Shown: one piece after another, positions 1-8,948 of the stretch
Numbering within the stretch: the first letter of the stretch is position 1
Layout: each line of letters begins with the position of its first letter
Assembly (NCBI GenBank): GCA_031429315.1
Contig: JANOZJ010000401.1
Span: forward strand, 4,658 to 68,657
Direction of reading: 5' to 3'
Length of the DNA stretch: 64,000 nt
From: Akkermansiaceae bacterium
Lineage (GTDB): Bacteria > Verrucomicrobiota > Verrucomicrobiia > Verrucomicrobiales > Akkermansiaceae
Position numbers and translations under genes: made by a program
The notes under the pieces: model-generated
What the model was told of the DNA's origin: nothing
Database searches by the model: none
What the model saw: only the letters and a program-made list of their open reading frames with translations

Positions 1-343
1 CCGGGATGGCTCCACTGTCGCCGGATTTCTGATGGGCGATGCGGCTGCCGAGCGTGATGTCGAACAAGCCGCCGGTGCGGGCGCAAGCGTCGAGCGCGGC
101 TAACAGGCATTGGTGGGTGGACTCGCTGAGGTAGAGGGTTTCGCCGGCGTGCAGGGCGTTGATCCGTGAAATGTCGCTGCCTTCGATGAAGCGGCTCAGG
201 CGCGATTCGAGGAAATCGAGTTGCTCGAAGCACTCCCTGGCCATGCCGGCGGCGACGGCTTGGCTGGGTTCACAAATCCGCAGGCTGAAGGTCGTGTTCA
301 TCGCCTCGTGCGTGAACAAATGGGCTGGTGGCGGCGAAGTCAT
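1..343 (-). CDS. apbE: FAD:protein FMN transferase (ApbE family), 5' part; runs off the window edge
   Basis: Not in the ORF track. Manual translation from ATG at 343 gives MTSPPPAHLFTHEAMNTTFSLRI...LESRLSRFIEGSDISRINA...ARTGGLFDITLG, matching the ApbE N-terminal motifs (AMxT, LSRF..SDISRIN, TGGxFDIT). The ATG overlaps the stop of the upstream gene (ATGA). Confidence 0.85.
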   Translation of the reverse strand, partial: MTSPPPAHLFTHEAMNTTFSLRICEPSQAVAAGMARECFEQLDFLESRLSRFIEGSDISRINALHAGETLYLSESTHQCLLAALDACARTGGLFDITLGSRIAHQKSGDSGAIP

Positions 344-1842
344 TTGGCGTTTTCCTGCCAATGGTTCCAGATGTCGTTTTTCACGAATAGAGTCACCGCC
401 ACTCCGGCACGCAGTCCGCGTGGCAGCGGGGTGTGGGAGTGCTGGAGTTGGTTGGCGACCGTGGCCGTCATTTCCGGCATGGCGAAAACCAGCGGCAGCG
501 ATGTTAGATCGTCCGGCGGAGTCGGCCAGTAACCGATTTTCGCGAACGAGCGGAGATACCATGGCAGCGGCCAGTAATCCGCACCGATGACGCCGATGGG
601 TTCGAGCGTGCCGCCGGGTGCGATCTGTTCGAGTTGCTTGAGCCACGGCTCTAGGGTCTCGATCTCATTGCGAGTCGGGACGTAGGCGAAGGGATTGCGC
701 GGGTCCGCTGCGAAGCGTCCGCTGGCTTGCCGGGCTTGTCGGAACTGGGAGATGAGGCACACGCCAACCAACAGGTAGAGCGCCACTTTCAGCCACTGCC
801 GCTGGGAGGGAAACCCCGCGACGGCGAAGCCGGCGAGCAGACAGAGATGCGCCCACGGCAGGCAGGCGAGCCACGGCGTCTTGTAGCGGATGGTGCTGTA
901 GATGAGGAAATGTCCGAGCGTCGCGTAAGTTAGAAAACGGATGACGCCGCGCCCATGCGCGCCGCGCCGAAAGCTGCCGACAAACCCTAGCAGCGCGAGG
1001 ACCGCCACCGGCGTGCCGAACCACCAGACACCACCGGATTTCGCCGGGACCATGCACAACTCGAGATAGTAGCCGAACGGTTTGTCGTGCCCGTCCACCG
1101 TCTGATAGACGAAGAAGGTGCGCACCGCATCGATGGCCCCGTGTGGCTGGCGAAAGCCGTCGGTGTAGAAGAATCCCGCGGTCAACGCCGCGGTGACCAG
1201 CGAGAGACCGAGCGGCACGCGGTATTCGCGCCAGGCGGAAATCCACCACGCGCGATCAAGCTGCTTGTGGTTTTCCACGGCGATCAACAGCGCCGCACCC
1301 GCCCAGGCGATGATGCTGATAGCGAAGCTTTCCTTGGTGGCGAACATCAGGCCGATCAACAATCCCGGCATCCCCCAGCGCGGCGCGCGGGTCAGCGAAA
1401 CGAGTGCCAGCATCCCGAACAACACCAGCAGCGACTCGTGGATGTACATCCGGCTGTAGTAAACGAGCAGCGGCGAGGTCGCCAGAAGCGCGGCGGCTAA
1501 CAGCACCGGCGCGTCGCCGAAGCGCCTGCGCCACAGCAGCGGCACGAGCAACAGCAAGCAGCCGGCGATCGCGGTGAGCAGCCGCGGAGTGGTCTTGGTC
1601 ATTTCCCGCCAACCGCTTTCGCTGCGCACTTTGCAAAGCGGAATGGCGAGGCTGCTCAGGATCGGTCCGTGATAGTGGACGGGATCGAAGTGATAGTCTC
1701 CCGATTCCATGCGGGCGGAGGTGAGCCGCGCGCCAGTCGCCTCATCCGCATGGAACGGGGGCTTGGCGAGTTGCTCGAAACGGAGAAATGCCCCGGAGCC
1801 GATCACGGCGAGCCAACAGATGACAATAAATGCATGTTTCAT
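340..1842 (-). CDS. Polytopic GT-C fold glycosyltransferase (TIGR03663/Agl23-like, PMT/ArnT-related)
   Basis: About 500 aa with many TM segments. Motifs LRFEQL..PFHADEA, YHFDPVHYHGP, YYSRMYIHE, ATKE, YKTPW, DYWPLPWYLR. Confidence 0.8.
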   Translation of the reverse strand: MKHAFIVICWLAVIGSGAFLRFEQLAKPPFHADEATGARLTSARMESGDYHFDPVHYHGPILSSLAIPLCKVRSESGWREMTKTTPRLLTAIAGCLLLLVPLLWRRRFGDAPVLLAAALLATSPLLVYYSRMYIHESLLVLFGMLALVSLTRAPRWGMPGLLIGLMFATKESFAISIIAWAGAALLIAVENHKQLDRAWWISAWREYRVPLGLSLVTAALTAGFFYTDGFRQPHGAIDAVRTFFVYQTVDGHDKPFGYYLELCMVPAKSGGVWWFGTPVAVLALLGFVGSFRRGAHGRGVIRFLTYATLGHFLIYSTIRYKTPWLACLPWAHLCLLAGFAVAGFPSQRQWLKVALYLLVGVCLISQFRQARQASGRFAADPRNPFAYVPTRNEIETLEPWLKQLEQIAPGGTLEPIGVIGADYWPLPWYLRSFAKIGYWPTPPDDLTSLPLVFAMPEMTATVANQLQHSHTPLPRGLRAGVAVTLFVKNDIWNHWQENAK

Positions 1843-1910
1843 CAAACGCCGGGATGCGATGAAAGAAACGATTGGCCCGCAATGTTAATCTGGTGCATTC
1901 AAGCCCATCA

Positions 1911-2642
1911 ATGACCGTTTCGCCCGTTGAAATTCTGCTCATCACTCCGGTGTGGAACGACTCGTCGCGGCTGGCAGGCTTCGGCGCGGAACTCGCCAAG
2001 GCGCTCGCGGATTCCCCGCTCACGATCCACTGGATCATCGCCGACGACGGCTCGAACTCTAACGAACACGCGCCACTCCGGGAACTCAAAGAGGCCTTCG
2101 GCCAAATTTTCCCCCGCGTGCAGCTCCATTTCGCCGCGCGACATCACGGCAAAGGCGCGGTCGTCCGGGAAGCCTGGACGCTGCGGCCCGAGGCGACGTG
2201 GCTCGCCTTCGTGGACGCCGACGGCAGCGTCAGCCCCGGCGAAATGCTGCGCCTCATCCATGCGGCGGTGGAGTCCGGCGTCTCGGTACTGGGCATCCGC
2301 AAGCGCACCGCCACCACCCAGTTCGTGGAAAACCCGTGGCGCAGGATTTTCCACCACGGCTTCCTGCTGGCCGCGCATTTGATCCTCGATCTGCAATGCG
2401 AGGACCCCCAGTGCGGCGCCAAGGTCCTGCGCGGCAGTCACTACCGGCGCGTCGTCGCAGGGCTTTTTGAAAACGGCCTGGCGTTCGATTCCGAGCTGCT
2501 CTGCGCGCTCAAGCGCGGGGGAGCCGCGTGGTCGGAGATCCCGGTGACCTGGATTCAAAAACCCGGCGGCAAGGTCCGGCCACTGCACGACGCGTGGGGG
2601 ATGTTCGCGGCGCTGCTTCGCATCCGGAAGCGGCTGGGATGA
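1911..2642 (+). CDS. Glycosyltransferase family 2 (polyprenol-phosphate glycosyltransferase/DPG synthase-like)
   Basis: Motifs ITPVWND, IIADDGS, HHGKGAVVR, FVDADGS, DPQCGAKV, AFDSELL. Confidence 0.85.
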   Translation: MTVSPVEILLITPVWNDSSRLAGFGAELAKALADSPLTIHWIIADDGSNSNEHAPLRELKEAFGQIFPRVQLHFAARHHGKGAVVREAWTLRPEATWLAFVDADGSVSPGEMLRLIHAAVESGVSVLGIRKRTATTQFVENPWRRIFHHGFLLAAHLILDLQCEDPQCGAKVLRGSHYRRVVAGLFENGLAFDSELLCALKRGGAAWSEIPVTWIQKPGGKVRPLHDAWGMFAALLRIRKRLG

Positions 2643-2780
2643 TTCCGCAGTCGTGACGCGGGGCCACCATTATTTTGTTAGTTGTAAATTCTTGGATTGC
2701 CCCCGTCCACGTCCCTTCAGTCGGGTTACACCCCATGGCGGGGGATCGCCGCAGTGCGTAGGGTGTGAATCAGCACAGGG

Positions 2781-3401
2781 ATGCACGCACCCCTACTACA
2801 AACTAACAATACTAATACCGTGAGCACACACATCCAGTCAGAGTCCCCCGTGAGTCAGTTGCCGGAGGATGCAAAGGAAATTACCCGTTGGGCGGCTGAT
2901 GCAGTCAAGGGGACGGCCCAAAGAGCAACCGTCGCCGCTAAGGACATCACCGGCGCAGTCGAAGATGCGGCCAAGGAATTCACCAACACCACCATGGACG
3001 TTGCCAAGCGTGCCAGCGACACGGCTAAGGACATCTATCAATCGGCGGCGCTGAGAGCTGAGGACACACTGGCGACGTCCAAGGAGTATGTGCGTCGAAA
3101 TCCAGTGCCCGTTGTCCTCGGAGCGATCGCCTTTGGTGCGGCCCTCGGTTACATGTTGGTGATGGCCCGGCGAAAGCCGACGTTCAGCGAGCGGTATGCG
3201 GACGAGCCTTTGGGTGCCGTGCGCGATGCGATCTTCGATGCACTCGCGCCCGTGGCGCAACGTGTTCATGAGGGATATGATTCGGCACGGGATGGCGCGG
3301 GAAAAGCCATGGACCGAGTCCACCGCTTCAGCGCCGGGCGGATGGGCGACTCGTTTTCGGATCAAATCGGGCGCATCGGCAACAACCTCAAATTCTGGTA
3401 A
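2781..3401 (+). CDS. ElaB/YqjD (DUF883)-like membrane-anchored protein
   Basis: Ala/Lys/Thr-rich helical repeats, then EYVRRNPVPVVLGAIAFGAALGYML, the typical DUF883 TM segment. The start could be GTG 2820. Confidence 0.6.
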   Translation: MHAPLLQTNNTNTVSTHIQSESPVSQLPEDAKEITRWAADAVKGTAQRATVAAKDITGAVEDAAKEFTNTTMDVAKRASDTAKDIYQSAALRAEDTLATSKEYVRRNPVPVVLGAIAFGAALGYMLVMARRKPTFSERYADEPLGAVRDAIFDALAPVAQRVHEGYDSARDGAGKAMDRVHRFSAGRMGDSFSDQIGRIGNNLKFW

Positions 3402-3404
3402 GCC

Positions 3405-3716
3405 ATGAATGATTCATCAAACAATTCGATAGCACCAATGTCCATGGAGGAAATGGTTGGTGTTTCGCTATGCAACGCGCGGCAGAGCATCCGGCATCGT
3501 TACCAGAAGTGCGAGAACCAAATCCGGAAGTCCCCGACGACATCAGTGCTCGGTGCTGCCGCAGTCGGCTATCTTCTGCATCGGTTGCCCGTGCGTGCGA
3601 TCCTTGTCACCCAGGTCCGTGTGCTTTCGGCGCTGACATCACCCGCGCTGTTTCTTTTCGGGGCGGCGAAGCTTTACGATTTCCTGCAAAGGCAGGAGCT
3701 GGCCAGGAAGGATTGA
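3405..3716 (+). CDS. Small hypothetical membrane protein, probably co-transcribed with 2781-3401
   Basis: 103 aa, starts 3 nt after the upstream stop. IRKSPTTSVLGAAAVGYLL resembles the DUF883-type TM motif. Confidence 0.6.
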   Translation: MNDSSNNSIAPMSMEEMVGVSLCNARQSIRHRYQKCENQIRKSPTTSVLGAAAVGYLLHRLPVRAILVTQVRVLSALTSPALFLFGAAKLYDFLQRQELARKD

Positions 3717-3783
3717 GCCGGTTGGTTAGTCGGCTGCCGAGGAGACACAAGCTTCCTCGGCAGGCCGGAGATTTCGGCGGGAT

Positions 3784-3965
3784 CAGAACACCTGACCTCG
3801 TGTGAGAGGCAGAGTGGCTGTTGTGTAGACCGTGATATCAAATTGCGGCATAAGGCTCCGGGCAGAATGCCCGGGCCACCGGTGGCGCGGGCATTCTGCC
3901 CGACGCCTTTCTTCAGTATGGGATCATCCGCCACCGCTAAAACATGGGCGAGGTCAGGTGTTCTG
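3784..3965. mobile_element. REP/MITE-like non-coding element with a perfect 17-bp inverted repeat at its ends
   Basis: CAGAACACCTGACCTCG (3784-3800) and its exact reverse complement CGAGGTCAGGTGTTCTG (3949-3965). Internal palindrome GGGCAGAATGCCCG...CGGGCATTCTGCCC (~3860-3901). A partial second copy lies at 59081-59214. Confidence 0.7.
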
Positions 3966-4021
3966 GGGATGCACGGGAGCGTGCGTTTTAAACGGGTCTG
4001 ATAGGGTCCGAACCAGTGGAT

Positions 4022-5347
4022 TCACTCTGGCTCGTCGATATATCCGCGTGGCAGAATCACCCGGAATGTGGTGCCTTTGCCAGGACTGGTTTCCAGTTCG
4101 AGGCTGGCATCCAGGAGTTCGCACAAACGTTTCACGATCGAAAGCCCGACGCCTTCGCCAGCCATTCCGCTAGAGTGCCGGTATTCGGATAGAGAGGACA
4201 AGGTTGGAGCCTTGCCGATTTCACTGGTGGTCATGTCCTCGGGGTGAGACTCCTCCGCAGCTTGCGCGGTCCGGGTCGCTTCGTGGATCTGATGGGCCAG
4301 CGGCGCGGTTTCCGGGTCTTCATTCAATCCGGGTCCGGTATCCTGGATGCAGAACATCCAGTTGTCCGTGATAGGGTCGTCAACAGGCTTCCAAAGGACT
4401 GTCACTCCTCCACGCTCCGTGTATTTCAGGGCGTTGATCACCAAGTTCTGCAGGATGCGCTGGACTTTCGCCTGGTCGCCTTGAACCGGCAACGATGGCG
4501 GTCCCTGCATTTTCAGGAACAAGCTGCGGGCCTTGGCAAGCGGCTGTGAGGTTGTGCAGAAATCTGTCAGCAGGGTGGCGGCATCAAAAGAGGACAGGTT
4601 GCGGTGTTCCAGCCCGGCGTCAAGACGTGCCAGACTCATGAAGTCATACAACATTTCGTGCAGGGATGACACGCCGCGCTGTACCAGGTCGGAAAACTCA
4701 TGGCGTGCCGGTTCGGACAGATCCTCGCGATGGAGGACCGAACTGGCGAGGGTCACCAGACTCAGACTGCCTTGGAGATCATGGGCAGTCTCCCGCCACG
4801 CGGCGGCGCGGGTTTGATCGAGTTCGTTCAAGGTGGCCAAGGCCTGCTCCAGGTCGCGCAAGCGGCCGGCCGCCTCCGCTTGATTCAATCGCCAGTATTG
4901 GGTGGAGCTGTCACTGATGCCGTCCCAGCACAACTTCGACCATGCATGGCGTGCCGCAGTCATGACCGCGTTTTCAACATTCGGATTTGCTAACGAATAG
5001 TCCTCCAGTTCCGCGATCACGCACATGTGCAGGTGACCCCACTCCCGGGTGAGATCCCGCAGTTGATAGCCTTGCTGCCAGCGCTGCAGTCCGTGTTCGT
5101 TGATTTGTTCCTTCTCGTCGAGCTGCGAGCTTGCACTAGCGGCATCGGGCCATGACTCTAGGGCGCGGTTATAGGCATCCAGAACCCCAGGAATGTGGTC
5201 GTTGAATTGCACGCGGGTCAATGATGAGGCGATCGTGACTCCGGGTGCTTCCTCGGTGGCCGTGCGCCAACGTTTGAGGATGGACTTGCGCTGATTGCCA
5301 AGGTGCGCCGCCAACCCGGCCATCTGCGCGTTTCTATTGTTCTTCAT
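4022..5347 (-). CDS. Cytoplasmic sensor histidine kinase (RsbRD_N-like N-terminus, HisKA, HATPase_c)
   Basis: H-box AHDLQGSL, N-box ILQNLVINALKYT, G1 IQDTGPG, G2 GEGVGLSIVKRL, GKGTTF. No TM helices. Confidence 0.9.
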   Translation of the reverse strand: MKNNRNAQMAGLAAHLGNQRKSILKRWRTATEEAPGVTIASSLTRVQFNDHIPGVLDAYNRALESWPDAASASSQLDEKEQINEHGLQRWQQGYQLRDLTREWGHLHMCVIAELEDYSLANPNVENAVMTAARHAWSKLCWDGISDSSTQYWRLNQAEAAGRLRDLEQALATLNELDQTRAAAWRETAHDLQGSLSLVTLASSVLHREDLSEPARHEFSDLVQRGVSSLHEMLYDFMSLARLDAGLEHRNLSSFDAATLLTDFCTTSQPLAKARSLFLKMQGPPSLPVQGDQAKVQRILQNLVINALKYTERGGVTVLWKPVDDPITDNWMFCIQDTGPGLNEDPETAPLAHQIHEATRTAQAAEESHPEDMTTSEIGKAPTLSSLSEYRHSSGMAGEGVGLSIVKRLCELLDASLELETSPGKGTTFRVILPRGYIDEPE

Positions 5348-5890
5348 TTGCGGTAGTATCAAGGCGCGTGGGAAACCAACGAGCGGACCTGCCTGAGCCC
5401 TATCAGCCCTGTCAGTGGATCCCGCAAACGCACATCCCCCCCGGACGCGCTTGAATTTAAGCCGTGAAATCCCGCATTGCCAAGGATTCTTAATCGAAGG
5501 CGGGTTCCGTCGTTTCCCCCAAATTTCGAAATGTTGGCCGCCTGATTGCGGACAAAGCCATCATCGAAAGCCCCGGAGAGGTGACCGAGCTGGATTCCGC
5601 GCGAGTAATTCTCTAGCATGCGCTTCGCGCTTTCCACCTCGCCCCCGCGCGGGCATGCGCGCGTCAAGTTAGGAGCGGACGGCGCTGATTCGTGGCCCAA
5701 GGAGCGGCGAAACGTGTTCGCCGATGTCCATGAGCTGGCAATGAGATGAGCGGATGCACGGGACATGGGCTTTCCATGGGCGTCGGCGGACGCGTTCCGC
5801 CGATCCTTGATCTGCCCACTTGTCGGCGTTTGGAGGAGTTCGCCCTTAATTTGACGCGCACCCCGCGCGGGCGGAAACCGCAAATCCGGA

Positions 5891-7207
5891 TCAACCAATG
5901 AGTCCCATCTTCGGATAGTTCGCGCCGAGGATGGGTTTCAGGTTCGGGGCCTTGAGCCAGTCAGTTAGGAGGGTGCCATAGACGCTGCGGAAATCGACGG
6001 TGTGCCGGATGTCGCCCTCCGATAGATCGGTGAGGCTCGGGTGGCTGCCGTGGAGTCCGCCCTTGATGCCCGGGCCTGCTAGAAAAAGGCAGGAGGCTTT
6101 GCCGTGGTCGGTGCCGGCGCTGGCGTTTTCCGCAACGCGGCGGCCGAACTCGGAGAAGGTCATCAGGACGACGCGCTTGTCGTTGCCCTGTTGCTTGAGG
6201 TCGGCGAAGAAGGATTTCAGCGCGCCGTCGAGCTGCGCTAACAGACGGTCGTGGGAGTTGAGCTGCTGGTTGTGGGTGTCGAAACCGCCGTGGCTGACGT
6301 AGTAAACGCGGGTGGGCATGCCGCCGGCGATCATGCGGGCGACGAGGTTGAGATTGCGGGCGAGCGGCGAGCCGTCGTAGCGGACGGAGGTTTTGTGTTT
6401 GGCGGCGAGCTCGAGGATTTTCGCGGAGCTGACACGGGCGTCGAGGGCGACGCGTTCGAGGAACGCGAGATTGCCCTCGCCGGTGATGCCACCGATTTTG
6501 CCGCCGGCGGGCATGGAGATGGAGCCGCCGTCGGTGGGGTCGTCCGCTTCGTGATCGTCGTCGGGCTTGTTGAGATCGGCGAAGAATTCCTCGGCCTGGG
6601 CTTGTTGGCCGCCGCCGTGAATCCAACGATAAAGCTCGGGAGAGTTGAGGCAGACGCCGGGGTTTTTCACAGCTCCGAATGCCTCGGGCTGGGTTTTGTT
6701 GAAACTGATGCCGACGGTGGGATCGGCACCGGGACAGGCGTTGTCGAAGTAGCGGCCTAACCAACCGGTGTTGGAATGGTTGGTGGTGTCGGCCGTTTCC
6801 CAGATGGAGGTGGAGACGAAGTGGGAACGGTTAGGATTCGGATAGCCGACGCCCTGGACGATGCCGAGATCGCCTTCCTTGAAGAGTGAGCCGAGGAATG
6901 GCATGGCGGAGTTGAGGCCCACGTGATCGCTGAGCTTGATGATTTCCTTTTCCTTCTTGGCAAGGCGCGGGCGGGCCTTGTGATAGGCATCGTCGGCGTA
7001 GGGGACGAGGGTGTTCAGGCCGTCGTTGCCGCCAGCGAGCTGGAGGACGATAAGGATGGTGTCGTCCTTGCCGGTGACCGGTTGGACGGCGAGATCGCGG
7101 GCACCTTCGTGGAGTTGGGCGAAGGTGCGCTCGATGAACATGGGCACGGTCCAGGTGGCGGAGGCGCCGAGGACGGAGGAGCGCAGAAAGTCGCGGCGGG
7201 TTTTCAT
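5891..7207 (-). CDS. DUF1501 domain protein with Tat signal
   Basis: The true start is MKTRRDFL (twin-Arg). Motifs LQLAGGNDGLNT, PNRSHF, GGFDTH, FSEFGRR, GTDHG, DFRSVY. Confidence 0.9.
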   Translation of the reverse strand: MKTRRDFLRSSVLGASATWTVPMFIERTFAQLHEGARDLAVQPVTGKDDTILIVLQLAGGNDGLNTLVPYADDAYHKARPRLAKKEKEIIKLSDHVGLNSAMPFLGSLFKEGDLGIVQGVGYPNPNRSHFVSTSIWETADTTNHSNTGWLGRYFDNACPGADPTVGISFNKTQPEAFGAVKNPGVCLNSPELYRWIHGGGQQAQAEEFFADLNKPDDDHEADDPTDGGSISMPAGGKIGGITGEGNLAFLERVALDARVSSAKILELAAKHKTSVRYDGSPLARNLNLVARMIAGGMPTRVYYVSHGGFDTHNQQLNSHDRLLAQLDGALKSFFADLKQQGNDKRVVLMTFSEFGRRVAENASAGTDHGKASCLFLAGPGIKGGLHGSHPSLTDLSEGDIRHTVDFRSVYGTLLTDWLKAPNLKPILGANYPKMGLIG

Positions 7208-7247
7208 CTTGAAGAGATTGGGGATAGGAGATCGGAGATTTGTGCCA

Positions 7248-8768
7248 TCAGCAGAGCTGATAGTGGGGGGTGCTGAGGATGAGGTGGCAGAGTTCGGCGG
7301 TTTCCTTGTTGGTGAAGATGACGCCTTTTTTGGCGGTGGCGTATTCGATGAAGGAGCTGCGGGGCTTGTCGGGAAGCGGGCTTTGGAAGAAGCGGAAGAT
7401 GAGCGAATCAACGAGGTCGGTGGGATTCTTGCGAAGCGTGCGGGGTGCGATTTTCCCGTAGTCCGGGCCTTTCCAGCCGCGGCCCATGCGATTCGGGCCG
7501 GGTGCCATGCCGGGAGTTTTCATGTTGTCGCCGGCCATCGGTGGATCGGCCTGGCCGGCACCCTTGGTGAGGAATCCGGCGAGGTTGTAGCGGGTGAGCA
7601 GGGTGTTGGTGTTGATCCATGCCTGACCCCAATCCCAGCCGGCGACGTTGGGCGGCATGAACAGGATCTGCCCTAACTGCTGCTCTGCGGTGATGGGGAA
7701 TCCCGCGGGCGGGTTGGTTATTTCAAGCTGCTTGAGCATTTCTATCAGATATTGGACCGGCGACTTGATCTGCGAGCGGATGGAGGCCTCGGCATAAAAT
7801 TCCTTGGAGAGAAAAATCTCGCGGAGCAGCGGAGCGGTTTGGAAGTTCGACTTTTGGAAGCTGGCGGACAGCGCGTCGAGGGCACCAGCGGAGGGGTTTT
7901 CATAAACGAAGAATTCCCAGAGTTTTTTGGCCATGAAGCGGGCGGCTTGCTCCTTTTCGAAAATCAGGTTGATGATGTCCTGGCCGGTGAAGGGGCCGGT
8001 CTTGCCGAAGACGGTCTTGGCGGTGGAGTCCCACTGGCGCTTGTTGTGGATGACCTCGCCGGTCCGCCGGTTGAGCTGATAGCCGGTGAACGCGCGGGCG
8101 GCTTCGCGGATGTCCTGCTCAGTGTAGTTGCCCTCGCCGAGGGTGAAGAGTTCCATGACCTCGCGGGCGAAGTTTTCGTTAGGCATGTCCTTTTTCGAGC
8201 TCTGGGTGTCGAGGTAAAGCATCATCGCCGGGTCCATCAGGATCGCCTGGGTGAGATCCTTGGAACTGCCGAACGCGTTCTGCCGGAACAACTCGTTCTG
8301 GCGGATCATCATCACCGGCTGCTTCACCTTTTGGATGGAAGTGGCGAAATGGTCGTGCCAGAAGAGCGTCATTTTTTCGCGCAGCGGGGCGGCGGTCTTG
8401 AGCATGCGGCGGAACCACCACGCCTGCGCTTCGAGGGCGTGCTGGCGGTCCTCCATTTGCATTGCCTTGCCAGCCTCGCGCCTGGTCTTTTCCGCTTCCT
8501 CGGGCGAGAGGTTGCGCATCGCCTGCTGGATGGTCTTGCGTTGCTCCATCCGTTCGCGCATGTCGGCGAGGACGACCTCGCCGGTGCTCCAAGCCGGAAG
8601 AGGAAAGGCGTCGAGCGGCTCGGTGGGGCGGATCAGGGAGTCAACCGCGTTCTCGCGGCCGAGGGCGTGGAAGGTCTTGATGTCCGAAGGGCTGCCGCCA
8701 AAGCCCGCACGATTGAGAAGGTGGGCGGCCTCGAAGATGGTCCAGGTTTCTTCCGCTTGTGGCAGCAT
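7248..8768 (-). CDS. DUF1800 domain protein
   Basis: AAHLLNRAGFG, LREKMTLFWHDHFATS, PNENFAREVMELFTLG, ARAFTGY, PPNVAGW. This is the usual partner of DUF1501. Confidence 0.9.
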   Translation of the reverse strand: MLPQAEETWTIFEAAHLLNRAGFGGSPSDIKTFHALGRENAVDSLIRPTEPLDAFPLPAWSTGEVVLADMRERMEQRKTIQQAMRNLSPEEAEKTRREAGKAMQMEDRQHALEAQAWWFRRMLKTAAPLREKMTLFWHDHFATSIQKVKQPVMMIRQNELFRQNAFGSSKDLTQAILMDPAMMLYLDTQSSKKDMPNENFAREVMELFTLGEGNYTEQDIREAARAFTGYQLNRRTGEVIHNKRQWDSTAKTVFGKTGPFTGQDIINLIFEKEQAARFMAKKLWEFFVYENPSAGALDALSASFQKSNFQTAPLLREIFLSKEFYAEASIRSQIKSPVQYLIEMLKQLEITNPPAGFPITAEQQLGQILFMPPNVAGWDWGQAWINTNTLLTRYNLAGFLTKGAGQADPPMAGDNMKTPGMAPGPNRMGRGWKGPDYGKIAPRTLRKNPTDLVDSLIFRFFQSPLPDKPRSSFIEYATAKKGVIFTNKETAELCHLILSTPHYQLC

Positions 8769-8948
8769 GGCTGGGAAACCCGGTGGCTAATCGGAAGTTG
8801 CGCACGGAATCCGCCCCCCACACCTCATGACCCGGCCACCATTAAGGAATGGCCGCCGACTGCTAGAGTGCTTGCGAGCGTTCTTTCCAAGTGCAAGGGA
8901 CTGGCAGATACAATTGCAATTTTCCCACTCATTCAAGAAGCTCGCCGG

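Noticed and set aside
2758-2796. GTAGGGTGTG...CGCACCCCTAC, resembling a GTAG-family REP
   Set aside because: Single imperfect copy overlapping a probable gene start. Not enough support.
5640-5880. CCCCGCGCGGGC words resembling type I-C CRISPR repeats
   Set aside because: Only two copies, in inverted context, with no regular spacers and no cas genes.
7752-8948. 607-aa ORF apparently extending nth at its N-terminus
   Set aside because: The extension is the antisense shadow of the DUF1800 gene. Nth homology starts at ATG 8949.
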